Source of the DNA: Candidatus Nanoarchaeia archaeon
GTDB lineage: Archaea; Nanobdellota; Nanobdellia; Woesearchaeales; UBA12501
Assembly: GCA_035289005.1 (NCBI GenBank)
Contig: DATDYN010000059.1
Span: 1-57,014 of the forward strand
Reading direction: 5' to 3'
DNA: 57,014 bases
The position numbers and the translations under genes are program-made. This document shows positions 44,797 to 52,100 of the stretch, one piece after another (position 1 is the first letter of the stretch; every line of letters starts with the position of its first letter). A model generated the notes under the pieces. It saw only the letters and a program-made list of their open reading frames with translations, had not been told where the DNA came from and did not search any database.

Positions 44797-44820
44797 CCCA
44801 ATCGCAGCAAGCTGCGGGAC
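44797..44820 (+). other. Hairpin copy 2 of the CCrCAGCAAGCTGyGG family
   Basis: cgcagc-aa-gctgcg at 44803-44816, extended by tcc/gga; embedded between gcctcg (44785-90) and cgaggc (44827-32). Confidence 0.5.
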
Positions 44821-44888
44821 TTTACGACGAGGCAAATCAATAAGGGGGATTGATTTTCGCCACAACATAAGAGATTATAGGTTACAAA

Positions 44889-44904
44889 CCACAGCAAGCT
44901 GTGG
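44889..44904 (+). other. Hairpin copy 3 of the CCrCAGCAAGCTGyGG family, with a compensatory change
   Basis: ccacagc-aa-gctgtgg: G-to-A in the 5' arm is matched by C-to-T in the 3' arm relative to 25944-25959. Confidence 0.5.
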
Positions 44905-44945
44905 GGATTTAAACCCAATCTACATTTAAATATTTCGTTCATATG

Positions 44946-44961
44946 ACTACTATAGAGTAGT
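44946..44961. promoter_or_regulatory. Palindrome ACTACT-ATAG-AGTAGT just downstream of a TATA-like element (44923-44934)
   Basis: Read directly; resembles the AGTTACTT..TAG units 140-270 nt further on. Confidence 0.4.
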
Positions 44962-45084
44962 TTTGACATACTGTCCCACGCACACCCATATGAATGATGA
45001 GAGAGCTATTCCTGAGGAGGATCAGCATCATATAGGGACCATCTAACGCACTGCATAAAGCCCAAGTTATTTCTAATCACCATT

Positions 45085-45100
45085 AGTTACTTATAGTAAC
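45085..45100. promoter_or_regulatory. Operator-like near-palindrome AGTTACTTATAGTAAC
   Basis: GTTACT / AGTAAC arms around TAT; first of three AGTTACTT units upstream of the RHH-ATPase operon. Confidence 0.45.
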
Positions 45101-45180
45101 TCTGCCCCTAAAGGCAGGACTGGATACCGACGGAGAACTACCCGACAGCCATTCTCCAGAGAGGCAGCCGCGCACCAAAA

Positions 45181-45192
45181 CATTTATAAAGG
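45181..45192 (+). promoter_or_regulatory. TATA box upstream of the RHH/pilus-ATPase operon
   Basis: CATTTATAAAGG; followed immediately by two AGTTACTT units; the ATG of the RHH gene is about 110 nt downstream. Confidence 0.45.
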
Positions 45193-45194
45193 AA

Positions 45195-45226
45195 AGTTAC
45201 TTCTAGTGCAGTAATAGTTACTTTAG
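45195..45226 (+). promoter_or_regulatory. Two direct AGTTACTT-N-TAG units overlapping the predicted transcription start
   Basis: AGTTACTTCTAGT at 45195-45207 and AGTTACTTTAG at 45216-45226, 21 nt apart (about two helical turns). Confidence 0.5.
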
Positions 45227-45301
45227 GTTACCTTACCGGGAGTAGAGAACGGCATTAATGGATCATAATACGATCACAAACAAGCGAAGGTCTGACAACT
45301 C

Positions 45302-45544
45302 ATGGCTGTAATCAAGATCGACGACGAGCTGTACGAGAAGATAAAGAAGCTCATAAAGGAAGGAGATAACCGCTTCGATTATCCGACAGTCAAGGCCTTT
45401 GTCGACAAGGCGGTGTTCGCCGCTCTGAAAAACAATCCTGAAGAGCATCAGGCAGCAGAACAGCAGCAGGCAACAGGACAGAAACAACCTGCAGGACAGA
45501 GACCGCAATCAAGGCAGAAGAACGCCAAAGGCGGTGATCGCTGA
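45302..45544 (+). CDS. Ribbon-helix-helix (CopG-like) small protein with Gln-rich tail (tentative)
   Basis: 80-aa ORF; MAVIKIDDELYEKIKKLIKEG...YPTVKAFVDKAVFAALK fits a strand-helix-helix pattern; its stop overlaps the ATG of the ATPase gene. Confidence 0.55.
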   Translation: MAVIKIDDELYEKIKKLIKEGDNRFDYPTVKAFVDKAVFAALKNNPEEHQAAEQQQATGQKQPAGQRPQSRQKNAKGGDR

Positions 45545-47232
45545 TGGCTTTTGAGAATTTCTTGGGAAGGATGAAGCGCGGAGTCAGATGGTTCGTCAGC
45601 GGCGAGCCTAAAGAGGAGAAAAGCATCCAGGAGCTTCTCGCTGATACGAAATCAGAGATCCCTGAATCTGAGAAGAAGAAAGTGATCTTCGCGCTTGACG
45701 CTAAGCCCACGCTGCAGGAGCTGCCCTCTTCTGATGATCCAAGGCTGATAGATGTGAGATATCCTTTAGTGCCGCCTTACGCTTTCGCGCACATCTACTG
45801 GGACACAGAGATGAACGAGCTTGTCTACATGGTCGAAGAGCCGCCTCTGAATGACATTGAGCGCAACCTGCTGCAGCTCATACAGCTTGGATTGGAAGAG
45901 ATGATAAATGTCAGCTTCATAAAAGCGAAGAAATCCAATCTCGTCATGCAATATCTTGAGAGAAATGTTCAGGCGATACTTGTCGAGGTAGGGGCGAAAG
46001 TCTCCCAGGAATCCTACCTCAAGCTCCTGTACTACATCTACCGCGACGCGGTAGGCATGAATGAGATAGAGCCAATGCTCAGCGATTACTTCATAGAGGA
46101 TATAGAATGCAATGGGGAGGATTTCCCTATCTACATCGTTCACAGGAAATACCAGAACCTGAGGACTAATGTGATATTCACAGAGCTCAAACGCATCACA
46201 GACTTTGTCGAGAAGCTCGCGCAGAAATCAGGAAGATATGTCTCGTACGCCAGGCCTTTGCTTGACGGAACACTGCCTGACGGAAGCAGAGTCAATGCCA
46301 CTTACACAGGAGATATCACTACCAGAGGGCCGACTTTCACGATAAGGAAATTCACAAAAGAGCCCTGGACCCCAGTCCATCTCACACAGCTCAACACCGC
46401 GACAGCGGAACTGTTCGCTTTCCTCTGGCTCGCGATAGAGTACAAGTTCAACATAATGGTCATAGGAGAGACCGCTTCAGGAAAGACGACATTCCTCAAC
46501 ACATTATTGCAGTTCGTCCCTCCAGAAGCACGCGTCTGCTCGATAGAGGACACCAGAGAGATAAATATAGTGCATGACAACTGGCTGCCTGCTGTGACTC
46601 GTTCAGGATTCGGGATACCTAACCTGGCGGGAGTGCAGTACGGAGAGGTCAATCTCTTCGACCTGCTCAGGGAGACCTTCAGGCAGAATCCTGATTATGT
46701 GGTTGTGGGAGAGGTCAGGGGTAAAGAGACTTACGTCTTATTCCAGGGAATGGCTTCAGGGCATCCTTCATTCTCGACATTCCATGCCGGATCTGTAGAG
46801 ATGCTGACGAGAAGGCTTGAGACAGCTCCGATCTCATTGCCGCCGTCGCTAGTGGAATCTCTGGATATAGTATGCATAATCGGCCATGTCAAAGGAAAAT
46901 CCAAGAATCTCAGGAGAGTGACCGAGATAGACGAGATAATCCGAGTGAAACCAGGAGTCGGCCAGGTAGAGACTAACAAGATATTCACCTGGGATCCTGT
47001 GAATGACAGGATAACATTCAATGGGAAGTCATTCATATTCGAGAAGATACGCTCACGCACAGGGATCCCTGTGGAGACTATTGAGGAGGAGTTCAACGCG
47101 CGCACAGAATTCATCGAGATAATGGTGAAGAAAGACATAAAGGATCTCACGCAGTCAAGCGACCTGATACACAAGTACATGAAGAACCAGAACGCGCTCC
47201 CTAAGGATATGCAGGTAGGGAAGATAAAATGA
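45544..47232 (+). CDS. Type IV pilus / archaellum-type secretion ATPase (FlaI/PilB/TadA superfamily)
   Basis: 562-aa ORF; Walker A VIGETASGKTTFLNTLL, Walker B NPDYVVVGEVRG, His-box GMASGHPSFSTFHAGS, conserved RPLLDGTLPDGSRVNATY. Confidence 0.93.
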   Translation: MAFENFLGRMKRGVRWFVSGEPKEEKSIQELLADTKSEIPESEKKKVIFALDAKPTLQELPSSDDPRLIDVRYPLVPPYAFAHIYWDTEMNELVYMVEEPPLNDIERNLLQLIQLGLEEMINVSFIKAKKSNLVMQYLERNVQAILVEVGAKVSQESYLKLLYYIYRDAVGMNEIEPMLSDYFIEDIECNGEDFPIYIVHRKYQNLRTNVIFTELKRITDFVEKLAQKSGRYVSYARPLLDGTLPDGSRVNATYTGDITTRGPTFTIRKFTKEPWTPVHLTQLNTATAELFAFLWLAIEYKFNIMVIGETASGKTTFLNTLLQFVPPEARVCSIEDTREINIVHDNWLPAVTRSGFGIPNLAGVQYGEVNLFDLLRETFRQNPDYVVVGEVRGKETYVLFQGMASGHPSFSTFHAGSVEMLTRRLETAPISLPPSLVESLDIVCIIGHVKGKSKNLRRVTEIDEIIRVKPGVGQVETNKIFTWDPVNDRITFNGKSFIFEKIRSRTGIPVETIEEEFNARTEFIEIMVKKDIKDLTQSSDLIHKYMKNQNALPKDMQVGKIK

Positions 47233-47356
47233 AGGAACGCATCACGCTTTACAGACCCTGCCCTAAGAAACCCCTGTAGAGGACCACACACAACCGCAGA
47301 GAATAGACAGGCAGAGAAGAAGCAGACAGAATAAAAGAAAGCGCGCAGCGATTAGA

Positions 47357-47647
47357 ATGACGCTGCGCTACAGAAACACCCCCATGACGCAGAACATAAG
47401 CGAGGATCTCAGGCGCAATGTGAAGAAGATAGAAGCGCTAGCGGAGTTCTATGACGGCGTAAGCAGAAGGAATCCTGCTGGCGCCGGAGAACGCTCTGAG
47501 ATCCGGATAAAGAAAGAGTACGCCAGAGCTCAGATAAGGCAGCTATGCGCCAACACCCAGGAACTGCTGCATGAGATAGAAGTGAAACTTGTAGCGGAAG
47601 GGATGCAGAGCGAAGACATACTCGAGCTACAGGCAAAGACAGGATGA
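47357..47647 (+). CDS. Hypothetical small helical protein (96 aa)
   Basis: ORF between the ATPase and platform genes on the same strand; no family recognised. Confidence 0.45.
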   Translation: MTLRYRNTPMTQNISEDLRRNVKKIEALAEFYDGVSRRNPAGAGERSEIRIKKEYARAQIRQLCANTQELLHEIEVKLVAEGMQSEDILELQAKTG

Positions 47648-47755
47648 GCATGCAGAGTGAATACCGATCCTAAGAATGCTGCCTCGGACTGCGCTGATGA
47701 CGCGAATGATCCATGACGCTGATGAAATCCAGGAAAGATATCGCAAAGGAGAAAG

Positions 47756-49972
47756 ATGAAAGACCATATAACCGCGATGACAGGGCAGGCGTTGCGCCTG
47801 ATCGAAGAGATAGAGACTTATGAGTTCCACAAGCACACTCTCCTGAACACCCTAAAAAGGCTGCATAAGGACTATGAAGGAGGGATATTCAACTATCATG
47901 ATTATGAGAGGCTTCTTGCTGAGACGCTCAAAGGCAGATCGCGCAGAGAATGGATAGGGCATTACAATTCGATAATATTCTCCCTGCTCCGCAGGATTGA
48001 GCCGATAATGGCGCAGGCTTCGATGCTCACAGCGAGAGACATCCCCCCTTCTGTCCTGACTTCTGAAGAGCTCGCGGCAAGACATATCATCTCAGTCAGT
48101 GAACTGAAGCGCGAATCGGCGAGAGAGGGAGTTCAGTCACAGAAAGCGCGGCAAGAGCTTAAGCTTCCAGAACAGCAGACGCCTCTGCCGATCGCGACAG
48201 CTGTCACTGAGAGAAGACAGACAAATCTGCCTGCGATCATGAAAGAAAGCCAGAGAATGCCGCAGAGGATCGCTGAAACGGCAGGCAAGCCTTCTGAAAG
48301 CATAGAACAAGGCTTCTCAGGATACAGGATGCAAGGATCTTCAAGGCAAGAACAAGCTCCTGAGCGGAAACCCATCATTAAGAATCATGATGAGACGCTC
48401 CAAGCGACAACCGCTCCTGAACAACCGGACAAAGAGCTTGACAGGCTCGTCGAAAACATCAGGAAGATAGACAAGGAAGCCCCGATACTCTCGCCAGTCA
48501 AAGAATCGACAACAACCAATTACCTGCTGATAAGATTCAAGCTAGGGCTTGTAAGGCTCCATACTCTCCTGAAAGAGAGACAGGCGAAGAAGATCGCGAA
48601 GACACAGACTCCTGAAGAGAAAGCCTGGCACAGGATGAAAGAGGCTGAAGAGAGCAAGAAGATCAAAGAGACTATGAAAGAGCTTTCAGTGACAGAGCAG
48701 AAAGAAGTCTCGCCGATACCGATGCCTTACACTGTGCCGAAAAAGATTGAAAGGCCTGCCGTCCGGATAGCTCCGCAAGAGAAAACGCGCAAACCTACCG
48801 ACATCCCTGAACCCAAGATAGAGCCTATAGTCGAGCGTACCAAAGAATTAGGGGAATTCACGCTCAGATGGGAATGGATAAAGAGATGGTACGCGCAGCA
48901 GGTGAAAGAGCAGAAGAAATTCCTCTCTCCGAAATCATCGATACCTCACTCGATGCAGGCTGAAGGGCTGAAGCACAAGATCCTTGAGGCGGCTGAAGAG
49001 AGCGAACCCAAATCCGCGAGACTGAAAGAAGAAGTCCTCAATATGCGCGCGCTTCTTGAAAAGCAGAAAGCTTTCAAGATATACGAGCCTTCATACCTCG
49101 GAGTGCTAGCTAACGTGCTGATAAGGAAATTCACTTTCATGCTTATAGATATGTTCCCTACGTTCTTCAAAGGGCTTTATGACTCTCTCAGGCTCGCGAA
49201 CATGCCAATACTGTCCAACACTTATGTGAACATAATGATCCTCAGCTCCGCGTTCACGGCATTGCTGGCGTCAGTGCTCTTCGGGCTGTTCTTCCTAGCC
49301 ACTGATAACCCTCTCGCTCTGCTCGTGCCAAAAACACTCTTCATGGCGCTCGTACTGGGCGGCATAGTGTTCATGATATTCACGATGTATCCTAAGATGA
49401 AGGCGCAGAGCAGGCAGACTGACATAAACACGAATCTTCCTTTCGCGATAAATCACTTTTCAGCAGTCTCAGGATCAGGCGTCCCCCCTACAAAGATGTT
49501 CACGCTGCTTGTGGAATCCGGAGAATACGGCGAGATAGGGATCGAGTTCAGCAAGGTTGTGGAATATGTAGAGCTGTTCGGCTATGACTTGCTCACTTCG
49601 ATAAGGACAGTGGCGCTCACAACCCCTTCAGCGATGCTGAAAGAGTTCCTTGAAGGAGTGATCTCGACAATAGAATCAGGAGGGGACATAAAAGATTACC
49701 TCAGGGAGAAAGCTGACAGCGCAATGCTGAACTACGAGCTTGAGCGCCAGAAATACCTTGAGAACATAGCCACTTATTCAGACGTCTATACAGGGATACT
49801 CATCGCCGCGCCGTTGTTCTTCATAGTGGCTCTCTCGCTTGTGAGCATGCTTGGAGGGACTATAGGCGGAATGGATGTCAATACGTTGATACTCATCGGA
49901 GGATACTTCGTGATCCCTCTGCTGAATGTCGCGTTCCTGATATTCCTTGAAGCGACACAGCCATCGCTCTAA
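47756..49972 (+). CDS. Pilus platform protein with one T2SSF (FlaJ/TadC-type) domain and a ~430-aa charged cytoplasmic N-terminal extension
   Basis: 738-aa ORF; T2SSF block NLPFAINHFSAVSGSGVPPTKMFTLLVESGEYGEIGIEFSKVVEYVELFGYDLLTSIRTVAL...ESGGDIKDYL flanked by TM helices; GGAGA SD. Confidence 0.85.
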   Translation: MKDHITAMTGQALRLIEEIETYEFHKHTLLNTLKRLHKDYEGGIFNYHDYERLLAETLKGRSRREWIGHYNSIIFSLLRRIEPIMAQASMLTARDIPPSVLTSEELAARHIISVSELKRESAREGVQSQKARQELKLPEQQTPLPIATAVTERRQTNLPAIMKESQRMPQRIAETAGKPSESIEQGFSGYRMQGSSRQEQAPERKPIIKNHDETLQATTAPEQPDKELDRLVENIRKIDKEAPILSPVKESTTTNYLLIRFKLGLVRLHTLLKERQAKKIAKTQTPEEKAWHRMKEAEESKKIKETMKELSVTEQKEVSPIPMPYTVPKKIERPAVRIAPQEKTRKPTDIPEPKIEPIVERTKELGEFTLRWEWIKRWYAQQVKEQKKFLSPKSSIPHSMQAEGLKHKILEAAEESEPKSARLKEEVLNMRALLEKQKAFKIYEPSYLGVLANVLIRKFTFMLIDMFPTFFKGLYDSLRLANMPILSNTYVNIMILSSAFTALLASVLFGLFFLATDNPLALLVPKTLFMALVLGGIVFMIFTMYPKMKAQSRQTDINTNLPFAINHFSAVSGSGVPPTKMFTLLVESGEYGEIGIEFSKVVEYVELFGYDLLTSIRTVALTTPSAMLKEFLEGVISTIESGGDIKDYLREKADSAMLNYELERQKYLENIATYSDVYTGILIAAPLFFIVALSLVSMLGGTIGGMDVNTLILIGGYFVIPLLNVAFLIFLEATQPSL

Positions 49973-50020
49973 GCAGGATATTGCACTAAAAGGATATAAG
50001 ATGGAGGGAAGAAGAAAACA

Positions 50021-50929
50021 ATGAAATTCGAGAAAAGGCACGCGACTGCGATTGTCATCGGAATAGTCATACTCCTCATAGACCTTTTCTTCTTCATAGG
50101 GACGCCCTGGCTCATACCACTCATAGCTGTCGCCATCACATTCGGATGGAGCCAGTTCTGGATCGATTTCTTCGTAAATCTCCAAAGGCAGAAGAACATG
50201 GAAGCGAGATTCCCTGACTTCGTCAGATACCTTGTCGGAGCGATAAGGTCAGGGATGCCTGTGTCGAAAGCGATAATACATGTTGCCAGCACTGATTTCG
50301 GAGACCTCTCGCCGTATGTCAGGAAACTCGCCAACCAGGTGGAATGGTCTATCCCGGTGCATAAGGCGCTCAAGACTTTCGCGAAAGACACTGACAACGC
50401 TGTGATAAAGCGGGCTATCGCGACAGTCATAGAAGCGGAGCAGGCGGGAGGGAACATCGAGGATGTCCTTGAGAGCGTGACACAGTCAGTCATAGACATA
50501 AAGAAGATCAGAGAGCGGCGCAGGGCAAGCATCCATTCGCAGACAGTGCAGAGCTATGTCATATTCATCGTGTTCCTGATAATCATGGTAGTAGTGCAGA
50601 ATCTCGTGACTCCTTACGTATCGAACATAACAGGGAGCGCTGTCGATCAGTTCGGAGGGGAGCAGGAAAGCATAATCCGGCCTGTCAGCGGAGGGCTGAA
50701 CGAGAAAGTGTCTATCGATTTCTCCTCAGCTAGCACTTTCGCCAAGACACTGAGCGAATGGTTCATGAGCCTCAGAGGGGTGCTGCTGATGATAGGATTA
50801 TTGCAGGGATTGTTCACAGGGATGGTGATAGGCAAGCTCGCTGAAGGCCAGATCTATCCAGGACTGAAGCACTCGCTCATACTGATGACTATGGCTTTTT
50901 TCGTGATCACTCTCTCGCAAGGGATATGA
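50021..50929 (+). CDS. Second pilus platform protein with one T2SSF (TadB/TadC-type) domain
   Basis: 302-aa ORF; RFPDFVRYLVGAIRSGMPVSKAIIHVASTDFGDLSPYVRKLANQVEWSIPVHKALKTFA...EQAGGNIEDVL plus N- and C-terminal TM helices. Confidence 0.85.
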   Translation: MKFEKRHATAIVIGIVILLIDLFFFIGTPWLIPLIAVAITFGWSQFWIDFFVNLQRQKNMEARFPDFVRYLVGAIRSGMPVSKAIIHVASTDFGDLSPYVRKLANQVEWSIPVHKALKTFAKDTDNAVIKRAIATVIEAEQAGGNIEDVLESVTQSVIDIKKIRERRRASIHSQTVQSYVIFIVFLIIMVVVQNLVTPYVSNITGSAVDQFGGEQESIIRPVSGGLNEKVSIDFSSASTFAKTLSEWFMSLRGVLLMIGLLQGLFTGMVIGKLAEGQIYPGLKHSLILMTMAFFVITLSQGI

Positions 50930-50990
50930 TGGATAGGGCAAAGATCATTGCGATAAAGAGACAGATAATGACAAAGAATAATATGGAACT

Positions 50991-51836
50991 ATGACAATGG
51001 ACAAATGCAAAAACGCGCTGCAGATGATCAAGAGGATGCGCCCTGTCAGAAGCTCAAAGCATAAAGGGGATTACGGCAGAGTCCTTGTCATTGGCGGCAG
51101 CGAAGAATACGCGGGAGCGGCGATGATGGCTGGAGCCGCAGCTAAAGCGGTGCTCGCTGGAGGGGCTGACATAGTCACTGTTGCCGCTCCTGAGAAAGTG
51201 GCTTGGGCGATCAACACTCTCGCTCCGGAGATAATGACTATAAAACTTAGAGGGAGAATCATAGGGAAGATGCACATCCCTGAACTGTTGAAGAGGGCTG
51301 AGAGGTTCGATGTTATCGCGATAGGCAATGGCATCGGAAAGAAGAGCAATCCGACTGTCCGAGAGCTTGTCAAAAGATTATCAATGAAAGGTAAACTATT
51401 GGTGATAGACGCTGACGCGCTGAAAGCTGTGCGGCTGCAGGACTGCAGGAACGCCATACTCACCCCTCACGCTGAAGAGCTGAGAATTCTCCTGAAGAAC
51501 AGCGGGATAAGAGAGACAGGAAAGGCGGCAATCAAGAGAGCCAGAAAACTGCTGGATAATGATGTGATCCTAGCGAAAGGGCAGAAAGACAGGATACTTT
51601 CAAGAGCCGCGGAAGCTGTGAACTCTTCAGGCAATGCGATAATGACTAAGGCGGGAACCGGAGATGTGCTCGCGGGATTATGCGCCGGATTCCTCGCCAT
51701 GACAAGAGAAGTCTTCATCTCGGCATGCGCGGCGGCCTATGTCAATGGCGCTGTAGGAGACCTGCTGTTGAAGAAGAAAGGCCGCACATTCACCGCGACA
51801 GACATGATAAAGAACATATACAGAGTCTATAAATGA
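50991..51836 (+). CDS. nnrD: NAD(P)H-hydrate dehydratase (YjeF C-terminal / carbohydrate-kinase family)
   Basis: 281-aa ORF; HKGDYGRVLVIGGSEEYAGAAMMAGAAA, LTPHAEE, and the C-terminal GTGDVLAGLCAGFLA signature. Confidence 0.88.
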   Translation: MTMDKCKNALQMIKRMRPVRSSKHKGDYGRVLVIGGSEEYAGAAMMAGAAAKAVLAGGADIVTVAAPEKVAWAINTLAPEIMTIKLRGRIIGKMHIPELLKRAERFDVIAIGNGIGKKSNPTVRELVKRLSMKGKLLVIDADALKAVRLQDCRNAILTPHAEELRILLKNSGIRETGKAAIKRARKLLDNDVILAKGQKDRILSRAAEAVNSSGNAIMTKAGTGDVLAGLCAGFLAMTREVFISACAAAYVNGAVGDLLLKKKGRTFTATDMIKNIYRVYK

Positions 51837-51900
51837 CAGTTGATCCCATAAAAGAGACATAGAGATAACTGAACAAGAACCGCAAAAGCATACAGAATAA

Positions 51901-52038
51901 CGAAAATCAGCCGCTCGGAGCTATCCTCGGGCTAAAGCCCGAGGTTTTACGCTCCTCGCCAAAAGGCTGATTTTCGGAATTAAAAATCGCGAAAATCAAA
52001 AGATTTTCGGGATGCTCGGAAATGCAAGACATTTCCGA
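51901..52038 (+). repeat. Hairpin cluster upstream of the antiporter gene
   Basis: 12-bp long-range stem cgaaaatcagcc (51901-12) / ggctgattttcg (51965-76) enclosing cctcgggc-taaa-gcccgagg (51925-44); then cgaaaatc-aaaa-gattttcg (51990-52009) and tcggaaatg-caaga-catttccga (52016-38). Confidence 0.7.
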
Positions 52039-52100
52039 CATTGCGCCATAAATGGTGGGGTATCACACCCAGCGCAATTTTTAATGACAAAGGAACAATA

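Noticed and set aside
44760-45300. Hairpin repeats as a CRISPR array, H/ACA or C/D box sRNAs, RNase P or SRP RNA
   Set aside because: There is no regular repeat-spacer periodicity. The upper stems lack K-turn GA pairs, and no RUGAUGA/CUGA box pairs or ANA box sit at the right distance. No CR-I (GGAAAGUCC) or SRP helix-8 consensus was seen. I therefore left these as an unassigned structured family.
52041-52100. 20-codon extension of the antiporter ORF
   Set aside because: It lies within the hairpin/leader region and is hydrophilic (MRHKWWGITPSAIFNDKGTI). Transporter homology starts at MEIFIQIGL, with a weak AGGA upstream.
51837-52100. Known riboswitch (e.g. cyclic-di-AMP class) upstream of the cation transporter
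   Set aside because: The idea is attractive because such riboswitches control K+ transporters in bacteria. I could not recognise the conserved ACGGGGA/CCCG-type cores, and the same hairpins also occur downstream of the gene.
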